Below are positions 34,708 through 42,963 of a stretch of DNA of 64,000 nucleotides, in pieces. How positions within the stretch are numbered: the stretch's first letter is position 1; every line of letters begins with the position of its first letter. The notes beneath the pieces are model-generated. The model searched no databases. It saw only the letters and a program-made list of their open reading frames with translations, and was not told the origin of the DNA. The DNA is taken from IMG/VR virus record IMGVR_UViG_3300046373_000196, positions 1 to 64,000 of that record; one strand, given 5' to 3'. Source of the stretch: a virus. A program made the translations under genes and the position numbers.

Positions 34708-34987
34708 TTCCCATAGTTAGAAATAATCTGTAAAAATACCCTTTTTCATCCTTCTTTAAGTGAACAAAGCGCACCTTCATTATTTCTTCAAAATATCGAT
34801 TATCGGTATGCCTTTCAAATAAAAGACGTAAATCAGCTTCGGTAAGAATACAGGCCATATCTACATGTTCTCCAACTCTGGGTATTATAGGCAAATCAAT
34901 CCAATACTTTTCAAATATCGACCACTCGTCACCCTTGAAATCTTTATCATCATAATAAAAGAAATCTATGTCTAAATGTACTCTCAT
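34682..34987 (-). CDS. hypothetical protein
   Basis: ORF track. Confidence 0.4.
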   Translation of the reverse strand: MRVHLDIDFFYYDDKDFKGDEWSIFEKYWIDLPIIPRVGEHVDMACILTEADLRLLFERHTDNRYFEEIMKVRFVHLKKDEKGYFYRLFLTMGIESMYGEN

Positions 34988-35000
34988 GGTTTTATTTAAC

Positions 35001-35410
35001 TTAAACAGCAGATTTCTTACTCTTTATAAATTCCTCCTTTAATTCTTGCAAAGAAACCATCAGTTTACCTGCCGTTTCCTCTGTCATGCCGCTAATGGCA
35101 TGTTTTAATTTCCCTATCATATCAAATGCCGCCAGTGCATTAAATACTCCCCCGGAGCGGTCATATTCTCGATTGCCCTATCAATTGTAGCCAAGCCAAC
35201 TGCTTCAAGTTTACCAACTTCTTCAATTGACAAACCCAATACTTTAGCCACTTCTGCATAAATAGGAACTCCTAAGCCAGCTAATGCTTTAATGCCATCT
35301 TTTGATGCAAATCCTTTTTCTTTAATTGATCTATAAACGGGCATAATAAAACCATTATTACCTGTTCCGGCTTCAATGTCCTGAATCTGAATTGTTTTTT
35401 GAATGTTCAT
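35001..35410 (-). pseudogene. tape-measure-core-like fragment split by a frameshift at a G5 run
   Basis: GLGVPIYAEVAKVLGLSIEEVGKLEAVGLATIDRAIENMTAPG parallels TMP GRGIPLIRLLSEQFGVAESEVKNLVEAGKVGFPEVEKAINTLTQSGG. The similarity (GGVFNALAAFDMIGKLKH...) continues only in the -1 frame after the C5/G5 run at 35149-35153. Confidence 0.55.
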
Positions 35411-35515
35411 TTTGATGTATGTTTAGATTGTGTTTAATTTTTAAATACAATTGATAGGTATAATACAAGCCAGAGAATACAAGAATAAGAGTTGAACTAA
35501 TGTCTAAGAATTGCC

Positions 35516-35647
35516 TCATAGATTTCTAAGTTTATTCCGTTCATCTTCGCGTCCACAACTCATGCCTCGAAAAAATCCTATCGAATAACAAAAGGAACCA
35601 AAAGAGACAAAAGGTAGAACTTTCATAAAAAATGTGTAAGCCATCAT
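35516..35647 (-). CDS. 43-aa hydrophobic peptide, paralogue 2
   Basis: My translation: MMAYTFFMKVLPFVSFGSFCYSIGFFRGMSCGREDERNKLRNL. It starts 5 nt after the stop of 35653..36417. Confidence 0.55.
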   Translation of the reverse strand: MMAYTFFMKVLPFVSFGSFCYSIGFFRGMSCGREDERNKLRNL

Positions 35648-35652
35648 AATTG

Positions 35653-36417
35653 CTATTGATTTAACTTTCTTGCCGGCGAAGTGTATCCATCTTTCTGAAA
35701 ATCGTTAATCCAAATCAATTCTTTCGTCCACTCACCATCTTTCTTTTTTGGTTGCAAACGGAAGTGTCCACGAACTTTGAAAGCATCGGATTTAATAAGA
35801 GTAGTGAACCATTTACTGTCAAGGTGGGTGATAGGTAGCTTGGTGTCATTAAGGTAATTGCAGTTCATGATACTTACCTTTTTCGATGGAGGTAAGTAAT
35901 CGGTTTCTACTGAAGCATACTTTATAAAATAATCAATAATAACAACAGATAATAAATAGCTATCAACAGTGGCGTTGGGGCTAACACCATTTTTAGATAT
36001 GAATGAATATTTTATATGAGCTCCATAAGTAAAAAGGAAAAACAATAAGCTACCTGACTTACTGAATCCGAAAATACATATTTCATCCGATCCTTCTTTT
36101 GATAAGTAATTAACCATCAAAACCAAGTTTTTTGTAACATATGTTCCAGATACATTAATTTGTTCACCTTCCTTTAAGTCGGATAAATATAAATCCTTAA
36201 GTTTTTCCTTAGATAAGTTAACTGCCTCAATAAAAGGGTCAGTGACATAAAAGATTTTGCTCTTATAATCATCTGTATTCTTTTTAAAATTTTTAAATAA
36301 AACACTGTGATTCATCTCGATCCATTCTCTATCGCGCTCGCCAAAAGTTAAATTGTCTGAGTTTAACCCGTCAATTAAAAATTTAAGAGCAGGGTGCGTT
36401 CTGTAACTGATTCTCAT
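35653..36417 (-). CDS. hypothetical protein (254 aa), middle gene of the RHH cassette
   Basis: ORF track. C-terminal FKVRGHFRLQPKKKDGEWTKELIWINDFQKDGY. No family recognised. Confidence 0.5.
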   Translation of the reverse strand: MRISYRTHPALKFLIDGLNSDNLTFGERDREWIEMNHSVLFKNFKKNTDDYKSKIFYVTDPFIEAVNLSKEKLKDLYLSDLKEGEQINVSGTYVTKNLVLMVNYLSKEGSDEICIFGFSKSGSLLFFLFTYGAHIKYSFISKNGVSPNATVDSYLLSVVIIDYFIKYASVETDYLPPSKKVSIMNCNYLNDTKLPITHLDSKWFTTLIKSDAFKVRGHFRLQPKKKDGEWTKELIWINDFQKDGYTSPARKLNQ

Positions 36418-36450
36418 AAAAAAATTATTTTAATTAGATTTATGACCTTA

Positions 36451-36618
36451 TTAGGAGGCTGTCTCAATTTTTCCACTATTCTTGCGAGCCTTTTTAAGTT
36501 CTCTTGTAATCAGCTCCCTCAAATGCTCACTTGGCGTTGTTTCATTATTTTCACACAAGTCGGTGAACTCTTTTTTGACGTTGGCGCTTACCCGAACCGG
36601 TATCATTTTGTCTTTCAT
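36451..36618 (-). CDS. ribbon-helix-helix (CopG/Arc-like) DNA-binding protein, 55 aa
   Basis: My translation: MKDKMIPVRVSANVKKEFTDLCENNETTPSEHLRELITRELKKARKNSGKIETAS. This shows the beta-strand then two helices of the RHH pattern. It lies directly downstream of promoter copy 5. Confidence 0.6.
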   Translation of the reverse strand: MKDKMIPVRVSANVKKEFTDLCENNETTPSEHLRELITRELKKARKNSGKIETAS

Positions 36619-36666
36619 ATTTACGTGTATTATTTATGTATTACAAATGTAGGTTTTTTATTTCTA

Positions 36667-36695
36667 AAATAAATATCATCCTTAAATATTTATTT
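36667..36695. promoter_or_regulatory. 29-bp dyad promoter/operator element, copy 5
   Basis: AAATAAATATC-atcctta-AATATTTATTT. -7 box TACATTTG (rc of 36644-36651, -). Confidence 0.7.
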
Positions 36696-36697
36696 CA

Positions 36698-36725
36698 ACA
36701 AAAAACCGCCAGTCTCCCAGCGGTT
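36698..36725 (-). terminator. intrinsic terminator after 36744..38312
   Basis: On the minus strand: AACCGC-tgggagactg-GCGGTT followed by a T-run. Confidence 0.7.
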
Positions 36726-36743
36726 CTAAAATCAAAGCAAATC

Positions 36744-38312
36744 TCAGTACCTAACCTTTATATCCCCTGTGGCTGTTCGGTATCTGGCACCTACTGGAAG
36801 TCCAGCGGATGTTGCAGCGGTGTTATCTGTATAAACACGAAGGATCTGTTCAAACCCAAACAATTGAAATGTGTTATTTGAAGCAGGCTTCTCTGAGCCA
36901 TTTTCCAGCGCGTAGGAGAATGAATACATCGAAGATGAACTATTGTTCGGATCAAGCCTAGCGGTCTGAATATTGGTGAAATGAACATTGGTTGTTCCCC
37001 ACTGACGAACAGTGACCTGATTAGGCGTAAAGTTTGCATCACCTTTCATCGGGATCTCACGAAAGATCATTTTATCAAAGTGGATGTTGTTGGAATTACC
37101 GATAAAGACAGCGCATTCATTCTCTCCCCAGCCATCACCACCATACTGATTTTTTAATGGTGAATTCCGGTTTGCTCCTTGCAAGATACCGCCTGTAAAA
37201 GTGAGGTTGTTGCAGAATCTTAGCTGAATACAGCCCGAATCCGAATAATCATACCAATTGGCTGTAAAATCAGACGTGAACGAATTCTCCACGTACAAAG
37301 GAATGGGTGCCGGTGTTTTAAAGTCCCCGGAAATGTAGTTGTGATCAAAACGTGAATTCCCAAATGATTGAAGCTCGACAACGCGCGTGAACTTACTGTC
37401 TGCCTGCATTCTGGTTCCGTTGTACTCATAGCCGCCACCTCCGAATTTATTGGAAATAATATCGCAATCGGAAGCGCCTAATTTAAGGCATCCTTGCGGC
37501 ATAAAGTTGAAATAGTTGTTACGAAGATCAACCAGGATTAAAAACAGGTCAATTGTTTTGAAGTACCGAAACCCGTTGAACTGGATCGTGCTATTTCTGA
37601 TTTGTGACTGACCACCTTTGCTGAATGGAGGAAGAAAACCAACGGACATATCCTGTTTGCCAAAGAAACCGATTCCCTGAATCGTAATATCGTCCAGATC
37701 CGCACCATTGTAGGTGTTATCGACTTCATTGTAATAAAACATTGTTGTTCCCGGTGCCCCCTGATACGTCCAGCTGCAAAGGTTCCCGTTTTCATTGGCT
37801 ACTCCGTTGGACCCGTTTAACTTCACGCCCGAAAATAAAGGAAGCGGAACTGTCGTGATGTATGCGCCTAGCCCTGCATTGATCGGTACACCTTTTGGAT
37901 ACCTTCTGTCAGGCGATCCATTGATGTTGGCCTGCATAATCCTTCTGGCTTCTGTAAACATGTTCACAAGTGCAGGTGTGTCAAACGTTGGCGACTGACC
38001 ATCACCTTTCGCACCCCATTGATGCGGATTTAACCCTAAACTTTCGTTTTGAATAAGAATCCACCTACCAGCTCCTTTGATCGTTTTAGGTGCCTGAATT
38101 GTGCCGTTATTATCAGCTTCTGTGGATTTACTATCGTAGATATACTTTGCTCCGCCACCGTCGCCGGGTGTCCAGTAACCTGCTGTATTCGCAATCGTTC
38201 CGTTGGTTGGCGGTTTAACTGCTTCGAGTGCCGCAATTGTGGGATAATCCCTTGTCGTGCCGAATGAACTGCCTGAAATAAACAGGAGTGAAAGAAAAAG
38301 AAACCTTTTCAT
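36744..38312 (-). CDS. exported right-handed beta-helix (pectate-lyase-superfamily / tailspike-like) protein
   Basis: The Met at 38312 gives the signal peptide MKRFLFLSLLFISGSSFG. NPHQWGAKGDGQSPTFDTPALVNMF matches the Pectate_lyase_3 N-terminal pattern. C-terminal motif YTDNTAATSAGLPVGARYRTATGDIKVRY. Confidence 0.6.
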   Translation of the reverse strand: MKRFLFLSLLFISGSSFGTTRDYPTIAALEAVKPPTNGTIANTAGYWTPGDGGGAKYIYDSKSTEADNNGTIQAPKTIKGAGRWILIQNESLGLNPHQWGAKGDGQSPTFDTPALVNMFTEARRIMQANINGSPDRRYPKGVPINAGLGAYITTVPLPLFSGVKLNGSNGVANENGNLCSWTYQGAPGTTMFYYNEVDNTYNGADLDDITIQGIGFFGKQDMSVGFLPPFSKGGQSQIRNSTIQFNGFRYFKTIDLFLILVDLRNNYFNFMPQGCLKLGASDCDIISNKFGGGGYEYNGTRMQADSKFTRVVELQSFGNSRFDHNYISGDFKTPAPIPLYVENSFTSDFTANWYDYSDSGCIQLRFCNNLTFTGGILQGANRNSPLKNQYGGDGWGENECAVFIGNSNNIHFDKMIFREIPMKGDANFTPNQVTVRQWGTTNVHFTNIQTARLDPNNSSSSMYSFSYALENGSEKPASNNTFQLFGFEQILRVYTDNTAATSAGLPVGARYRTATGDIKVRY

Positions 38313-38405
38313 TATAGTGCCTAAGTTAGTGTGTGTGAGCAATAAAGGTACTAAATGATCGGGTTTTTGGGAAGGGAAAAGTGGGATTTATTCTACAAGG
38401 CGTAT

Positions 38406-39434
38406 CTAGTTAAATCCAATCGTTTTATTCTTAACCAACGAGAAGTTTATTTCTTCTTGATTGTACAAATCACTCAAAGTCATTGGTGTTAAAATCGGTT
38501 CTGAATTATTTAAGCTTTTATTTATAGAGTTACATTTTTCTAATGCCAACTCTTTAAACTCGTACTTGGCTATAATTCTTCCTTTTCTCAGTAAAGCTTT
38601 GTCAATTGTAGTTATGTCAGAATTAAACGTGCATAGTATTTGTATGTTTAGAATATCAGAAAGCAACCCATCACTTAAATTTAAAAGATTAGACACCGAA
38701 TTGCTATTTCCTAATTGTCGATCCATAATAACATTTTCAGCATCTTCGATAACCAAAATAGAATTAGGATGTTGTATTAAAAAAGTAATAAAACTGGGAT
38801 CGGTTAATGATGGAGTTAAACTTGGCGGAATAAATATGATTTTTTTTCTTATATTGTTAATTAAATGTCTAATATAAGTCGTTTTACCGGTACCTGGTTT
38901 TCCGTATAATAAAACAACTCCTTTACTACCATTACTATTAAGCCTGCTATTAATCAAGGCATGCACATCAATAAAATCATCATTATAGTTTTTATAAATA
39001 TCTAAACCTATGGTAGGTATCTCAATGCTTTGTAGATAAAGTCCGCCACTATTAGCACACACAATATTGATATTAGAGGTCTTGAATTTAATTGGATTTT
39101 TTAAAATAATTTCCTTTAATCGACTGGTGCATTCACTTTCATTATTGAAAAATATATTCACTTCTGAATATTCTTTATCGAAAGATAAGTAAATAAGTAC
39201 TTGTTCTTTAGTTAACTTAAGTAAAGATGTATATGAGGTTATAAAATCACTGTCCACAAAATTTTCAGTTGTTTTAATAACTTCATATTCAAACTCTGAA
39301 ATAATTTCATTCTCAATATCAATGGTATTGACATTACTTTTGAAATATATACTAGGAATAATTCCGAAGGAATGGTGATAATATTTGTGTAATGATAATG
39401 CGCCGTAATTATCGTATAAATCTGAATTTTTCAT
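38406..39434 (-). CDS. AAA+ ATPase with unassigned N-terminal domain
   Basis: Walker A LLYGKPGTGKTT and Walker B ILVIEDAE, followed by a sensor region. Confidence 0.8.
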   Translation of the reverse strand: MKNSDLYDNYGALSLHKYYHHSFGIIPSIYFKSNVNTIDIENEIISEFEYEVIKTTENFVDSDFITSYTSLLKLTKEQVLIYLSFDKEYSEVNIFFNNESECTSRLKEIILKNPIKFKTSNINIVCANSGGLYLQSIEIPTIGLDIYKNYNDDFIDVHALINSRLNSNGSKGVVLLYGKPGTGKTTYIRHLINNIRKKIIFIPPSLTPSLTDPSFITFLIQHPNSILVIEDAENVIMDRQLGNSNSVSNLLNLSDGLLSDILNIQILCTFNSDITTIDKALLRKGRIIAKYEFKELALEKCNSINKSLNNSEPILTPMTLSDLYNQEEINFSLVKNKTIGFN

Positions 39435-39467
39435 AAAATTAATTTTAAATATTTTACTTCACTCCTT

Positions 39468-39680
39468 TTAAACCTCCCTAACCAAATCATCACCCCACTT
39501 CTGCAAATAACCATACACCGTTCCATCCCGGTAGTAAGCATTCCCTGACACTCCAACAAAATCCCGGTCACCACTTCTATCCTCCTTGATGATCGTGTCC
39601 TGAACCGGCCAGCCCATAAATATGCAGAAATCCGGGTCTCGGACTGAGTAGGTGTGGTTGAGTTTTAGGAGGATTGGCAT
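39468..39680 (-). CDS. hypothetical protein
   Basis: The internal Met at 39680 (MPILLKLNH...) avoids overlap with 39685..39963. Confidence 0.4.
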   Translation of the reverse strand: MPILLKLNHTYSVRDPDFCIFMGWPVQDTIIKEDRSGDRDFVGVSGNAYYRDGTVYGYLQKWGDDLVREV

Positions 39681-39684
39681 GGGG

Positions 39685-39963
39685 TTATTCCGAATCGCTA
39701 AGATGAAAAAACACACTTCCGGCTTTAAATACCACTTTTGCTTCATCGCCATAATATTCTAAATATTCCTGAAATTCTTCTTTACTTATTGCGTCTTTTG
39801 GAAAGGCACCATCTTCGCTAAACCAATGATCTTTATCAAATTCACTCAATGCGATTTTACCGCCCGAAAAGCCATTATCTTCATCCACCATAATCAAAGC
39901 TTCCTGCTCTAACTGGTCGTCAGTGAGCGATTCTAGGTATTCTTTTACGTCTTTTAGTTTCAT
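39685..39963 (-). CDS. hypothetical strongly acidic protein
   Basis: Visibly D/E-rich sequence: LESLTDDQLEQEALIMVDEDN...EEFQEYLEYYGDE. Confidence 0.45.
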   Translation of the reverse strand: MKLKDVKEYLESLTDDQLEQEALIMVDEDNGFSGGKIALSEFDKDHWFSEDGAFPKDAISKEEFQEYLEYYGDEAKVVFKAGSVFFHLSDSE

Positions 39964-39971
39964 AGTTTTAT

Positions 39972-40238
39972 TTATTTCACAAATTTATAATTCCTAAACA
40001 ATCCATTATAAGGCTCAAATTTAGCGTCACCAGTAAACTTTTCCAGTTCAGGGTCGTAATATTTAAACCCGTTCATGAAAACATGGTTAATCGTGTTATT
40101 TGCTATGCGAAAATCTACTTCCTGCTGAATCTGCATGCAAGTTTCGTAGTCTTCAATTTTCAAAGCATTTCGGTGGTTAATAGCCAATTCCCACTCGTTC
40201 ATTTTCTTGTAGTAGCGAGGGTCGCGGAGTGGTCTCAT
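39972..40238 (-). CDS. hypothetical protein
   Basis: ORF track. ALKIEDYETCMQIQQEV is weakly UVR-motif-like. Confidence 0.4.
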   Translation of the reverse strand: MRPLRDPRYYKKMNEWELAINHRNALKIEDYETCMQIQQEVDFRIANNTINHVFMNGFKYYDPELEKFTGDAKFEPYNGLFRNYKFVK

Positions 40239-40247
40239 AGCTTGTAA

Positions 40248-40595
40248 TCAATACTTGAAAGGAAAGTACTTTTTAATAAAGTCTGCTTGTTTTGTCGAAT
40301 CTTTCTTGAATTCTTTAACAACATTATCAACCTTTAATTGAATTTGTTTTGATTCGTTATAATTACTATCTGCAATTACCCTGTACTTAATCATTTCACT
40401 TGTATTTCCATAGCTCATATTTGACATACTCATATTGAATATGGCCGTGTTCATAATTTCTGACTTATCGTTCATGAGTTCTTTCCATTTGTTAAAACGG
40501 TTAGATGACACGAAACTTCCCGGTTTAGCAATACAAATCCATAAAACTAAGTAAACGCCAATTATTGATCCAATTGTAATTAGAGTAACTCTCAT
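40248..40595 (-). CDS. N-terminally anchored membrane protein
   Basis: VTLITIGSIIGVYLVLWICIA TM segment. First gene after promoter copy 6 and the leader. Confidence 0.5.
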   Translation of the reverse strand: MRVTLITIGSIIGVYLVLWICIAKPGSFVSSNRFNKWKELMNDKSEIMNTAIFNMSMSNMSYGNTSEMIKYRVIADSNYNESKQIQLKVDNVVKEFKKDSTKQADFIKKYFPFKY

Positions 40596-40616
40596 AAAAT
40601 TAATTTTTAAATAAGA

Positions 40617-40704
40617 AAACCCGCATCAAGTGAGGTTGACGCGGGTTTCTATGAATTTCCATTCATTGAATGGTATTGAGGAGCCTCACTTCGCCAATAC
40701 CATT
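40617..40704 (-). promoter_or_regulatory. structured 5' leader (minus strand): hairpin plus terminator-like hairpin with complementary loops
   Basis: RNA sense. Hairpin 1: AAUGGUAUUG/CAAUACCAUU (40669-40704), loop containing AGUGAGG. Hairpin 2: AAACCCGCGUCAA/UUGAUGCGGGUUU (40617-40648), apical loop CCUCAC, then a U-rich tract. The ATG is at 40595. Confidence 0.6.
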
Positions 40705-40733
40705 TAGTATGTAGCAAAGGTAATAAAATCTCA

Positions 40734-40762
40734 ATAAAAATATCGAATAAAGATATTTATTT
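40734..40762. promoter_or_regulatory. 29-bp dyad promoter/operator element, copy 6
   Basis: ATAAAAATATC-gaataaa-GATATTTATTT. -7 box TACCTTTG (rc of 40715-40722, -). It starts 10 bp after the argH stop. Confidence 0.7.
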
Positions 40763-40771
40763 AAACAAAAT

Positions 40772-42106
40772 CTATTCAAGCAACTTCTCAAAAGCCACTT
40801 TCACATTCTTAAACTCAAATTTGGATATCTCCGCCATCATCCGGCCATAGATCAGATCATTCTGCAAGTTTCCGATACTGCCTTCGTGCGTATGTTTCAG
40901 TTGACGCGGCGGAACATAACTTCCATCACCAATTTCTGCTCCAACCTGACGGTACGCATCACGGAAAGGAACGCCGTTGATTACCAGCTCATTCACCCTT
41001 TCCACACTGAAAAGTAGATCGTATTTAGGGTCGTCAAGCAAATTTTGTTTTACCTTGATATTTTCAAGCATAAAGGCTGCAATATCCAGACAGTCCAGTA
41101 TTTCGTCAAAAGCCGGCATCAGGATTTCTTTCAAAAGCTGCATATCACGATGATAACCTGATGGAAGATTACTCAAAACCATTGTTATTTCCATTGGCAA
41201 AGCCTTCATCCGGTTCGTTTTGGCACGAAGCAATTCGGCTACATCCGGATTTTTTTTGTGCGGCATAATGCTGCTTCCGGTCGTTAGATCATCTGGCAAA
41301 ATAATAAAGCTGAAATTCTGGCTGTTGTACAAACAAACATCCATCGCAAGTCTTGAAACCGTAGCAGCTAAGGAAGAAATGGCTGTTAGCGCAGCTTGTT
41401 CCGTACGTCCACGGCTCATTTGTGCGTAAACAACATTGTGGTGCATTCCTTCAAAACCCAGCAATTCCGTTGTCATAGTCCTGTTCAACGGGAAGGAAGA
41501 ACCGTAACCGGCACCCGATCCCAGCGGATTTCTGTTTGCCAGACGGTATGCAGCGTTTAATTGAATTACATCGTCGATCAAACCTTCGGCATAAGCACCA
41601 AACCATAATCCGAAAGAGGAAGGCATGGCAATCTGCAAGTGGGTATAACCTGGCAAAAGATCATTTTTATGTTCTTCTGATTTGCTGATTAAAACATCGA
41701 AAAGTTTTTCCGTAGCTTGTACAACCTGAAAAAGTCGGTCACGGGTATAGAGTTTCATATCAACCAGAACCTGATCATTACGGGAACGACCGCTATGGAT
41801 TTTCTTGCCAATATCACCCAATTTGCGCGTCAGCATTAATTCAACCTGTGAATGAACATCTTCAACGCCGTCTTCAATGATAAATTCGCCTAGCTGAATC
41901 TGCGCATAAATTTCTTTAAGTTCCGCTTTCAATGCAGCCAGATCATCAGCCGTTAGCAAACCAATTGTTTCCAGCATAATCGCATGTGCAAGATTTCCAA
42001 GCACATCAAATTCTGCCAAATGCAGATCCATCTCACGATCACGACCTACGGTAAAACGTTCTATTTTTTCAGAAGTAACGGTATTTTCTTTTTGCCAGAG
42101 TTTCAT
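40772..42106 (-). CDS. argH: argininosuccinate lyase
   Basis: MKLWQKE start (ATG at 42106). Fumarate-lyase signature GSSIMPHKKNP. Full-length ArgH-like sequence throughout. Confidence 0.9.
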   Translation of the reverse strand: MKLWQKENTVTSEKIERFTVGRDREMDLHLAEFDVLGNLAHAIMLETIGLLTADDLAALKAELKEIYAQIQLGEFIIEDGVEDVHSQVELMLTRKLGDIGKKIHSGRSRNDQVLVDMKLYTRDRLFQVVQATEKLFDVLISKSEEHKNDLLPGYTHLQIAMPSSFGLWFGAYAEGLIDDVIQLNAAYRLANRNPLGSGAGYGSSFPLNRTMTTELLGFEGMHHNVVYAQMSRGRTEQAALTAISSLAATVSRLAMDVCLYNSQNFSFIILPDDLTTGSSIMPHKKNPDVAELLRAKTNRMKALPMEITMVLSNLPSGYHRDMQLLKEILMPAFDEILDCLDIAAFMLENIKVKQNLLDDPKYDLLFSVERVNELVINGVPFRDAYRQVGAEIGDGSYVPPRQLKHTHEGSIGNLQNDLIYGRMMAEISKFEFKNVKVAFEKLLE

Positions 42107-42129
42107 AGTCCTAAAATTAGGCTGCAAAC

Positions 42130-42336
42130 TTACTTTATTTTATGAATTAGTCTGGCATCAAATGTTGTTTGTGGTAAGGTTCCGCCATTATATCCCTGAA
42201 GCACGTATCTTGGCTCTGTTATAATTTCATATCTATCTCCGGCAATCTCAATCACTTGACCATAATAAAGGGAATCATCCGGATCAACGCAAATTTGAAA
42301 TAGATCATCTTTTAAAGGAAATATGCCTGGATTCAT
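42130..42336 (-). CDS. hypothetical small protein upstream of argH
   Basis: ORF track. 23 nt upstream of the argH ATG. Confidence 0.4.
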   Translation of the reverse strand: MNPGIFPLKDDLFQICVDPDDSLYYGQVIEIAGDRYEIITEPRYVLQGYNGGTLPQTTFDARLIHKIK

Positions 42337-42388
42337 TTTTTTTAGGTTTATGTGAAATTAAAAATACTAAACTTTCGCGTATCCGCAC

Positions 42389-42421
42389 AAAAAAAAGCGA
42401 TCACCAAAGGCAGCCGCTTTT
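42389..42421 (-). terminator. intrinsic terminator (minus strand) upstream of the argH unit
   Basis: On the minus strand: AAAAGCG-(15-nt loop)-CGCTTTTTTTT. Confidence 0.6.
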
Positions 42422-42448
42422 CTAAAACACACACACTATTTATTAATC

Positions 42449-42670
42449 TTAAAATAATCTTAGTTGAACAAATTCTCTTTTTAAAACAACCGGAAAGCAT
42501 ATGGGACACCTTTCTTTTTCTTCGGTCACATCCCATGCTCTTTGATTAAGAGAAGGATTACATTTAATATACTTGTTTTTAACCTCATGAAGCACACCTT
42601 CGATAACGACTGAGCCAGAAACCCATACGTTTCTACCTGATGAACTATCGAAAGTGTTTGTTGGCTTCAT
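42449..42670 (-). CDS. hypothetical protein
   Basis: ORF track. Confidence 0.4.
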   Translation of the reverse strand: MKPTNTFDSSSGRNVWVSGSVVIEGVLHEVKNKYIKCNPSLNQRAWDVTEEKERCPICFPVVLKREFVQLRLF

Positions 42671-42963
42671 GGCTTAATTCCGTGTTTGTGAAAAATGTCA
42701 AGGAGTTGCTGGTGGTAGATGTCTTCGTTGGAGCAATATAAATCAAAAATATCAATCCAAAAACTATGTTTCTCAATTGTGAAACTCCATGAATTGAAGC
42801 AAATTATAAGGCTTGCACAATCAAGTTCGTTAAAATTTTTACTTGGCCTTAAAAGAGATAGATAGTCTTTAATATAATGATAATTCAATTGCTCCATCAA
42901 CCGTCTCGAAATAATTGCAGGAAACCGGTTTAAGTAAATTAATTTCTTTTCTTCGATTGTCAT
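42667..42963 (-). CDS. hypothetical protein
   Basis: ORF track. 4-nt overlap with the downstream gene. Confidence 0.45.
   Translation of the reverse strand: MTIEEKKLIYLNRFPAIISRRLMEQLNYHYIKDYLSLLRPSKNFNELDCASLIICFNSWSFTIEKHSFWIDIFDLYCSNEDIYHQQLLDIFHKHGIKP

Noticed and set aside
40596-42448. argH region as a simple host/prophage junction
   Set aside because: The dyad promoter element and phage-like small genes continue on both sides, and no att-like repeat is seen. Not excluded, but not the best-supported reading. See the argH finding.
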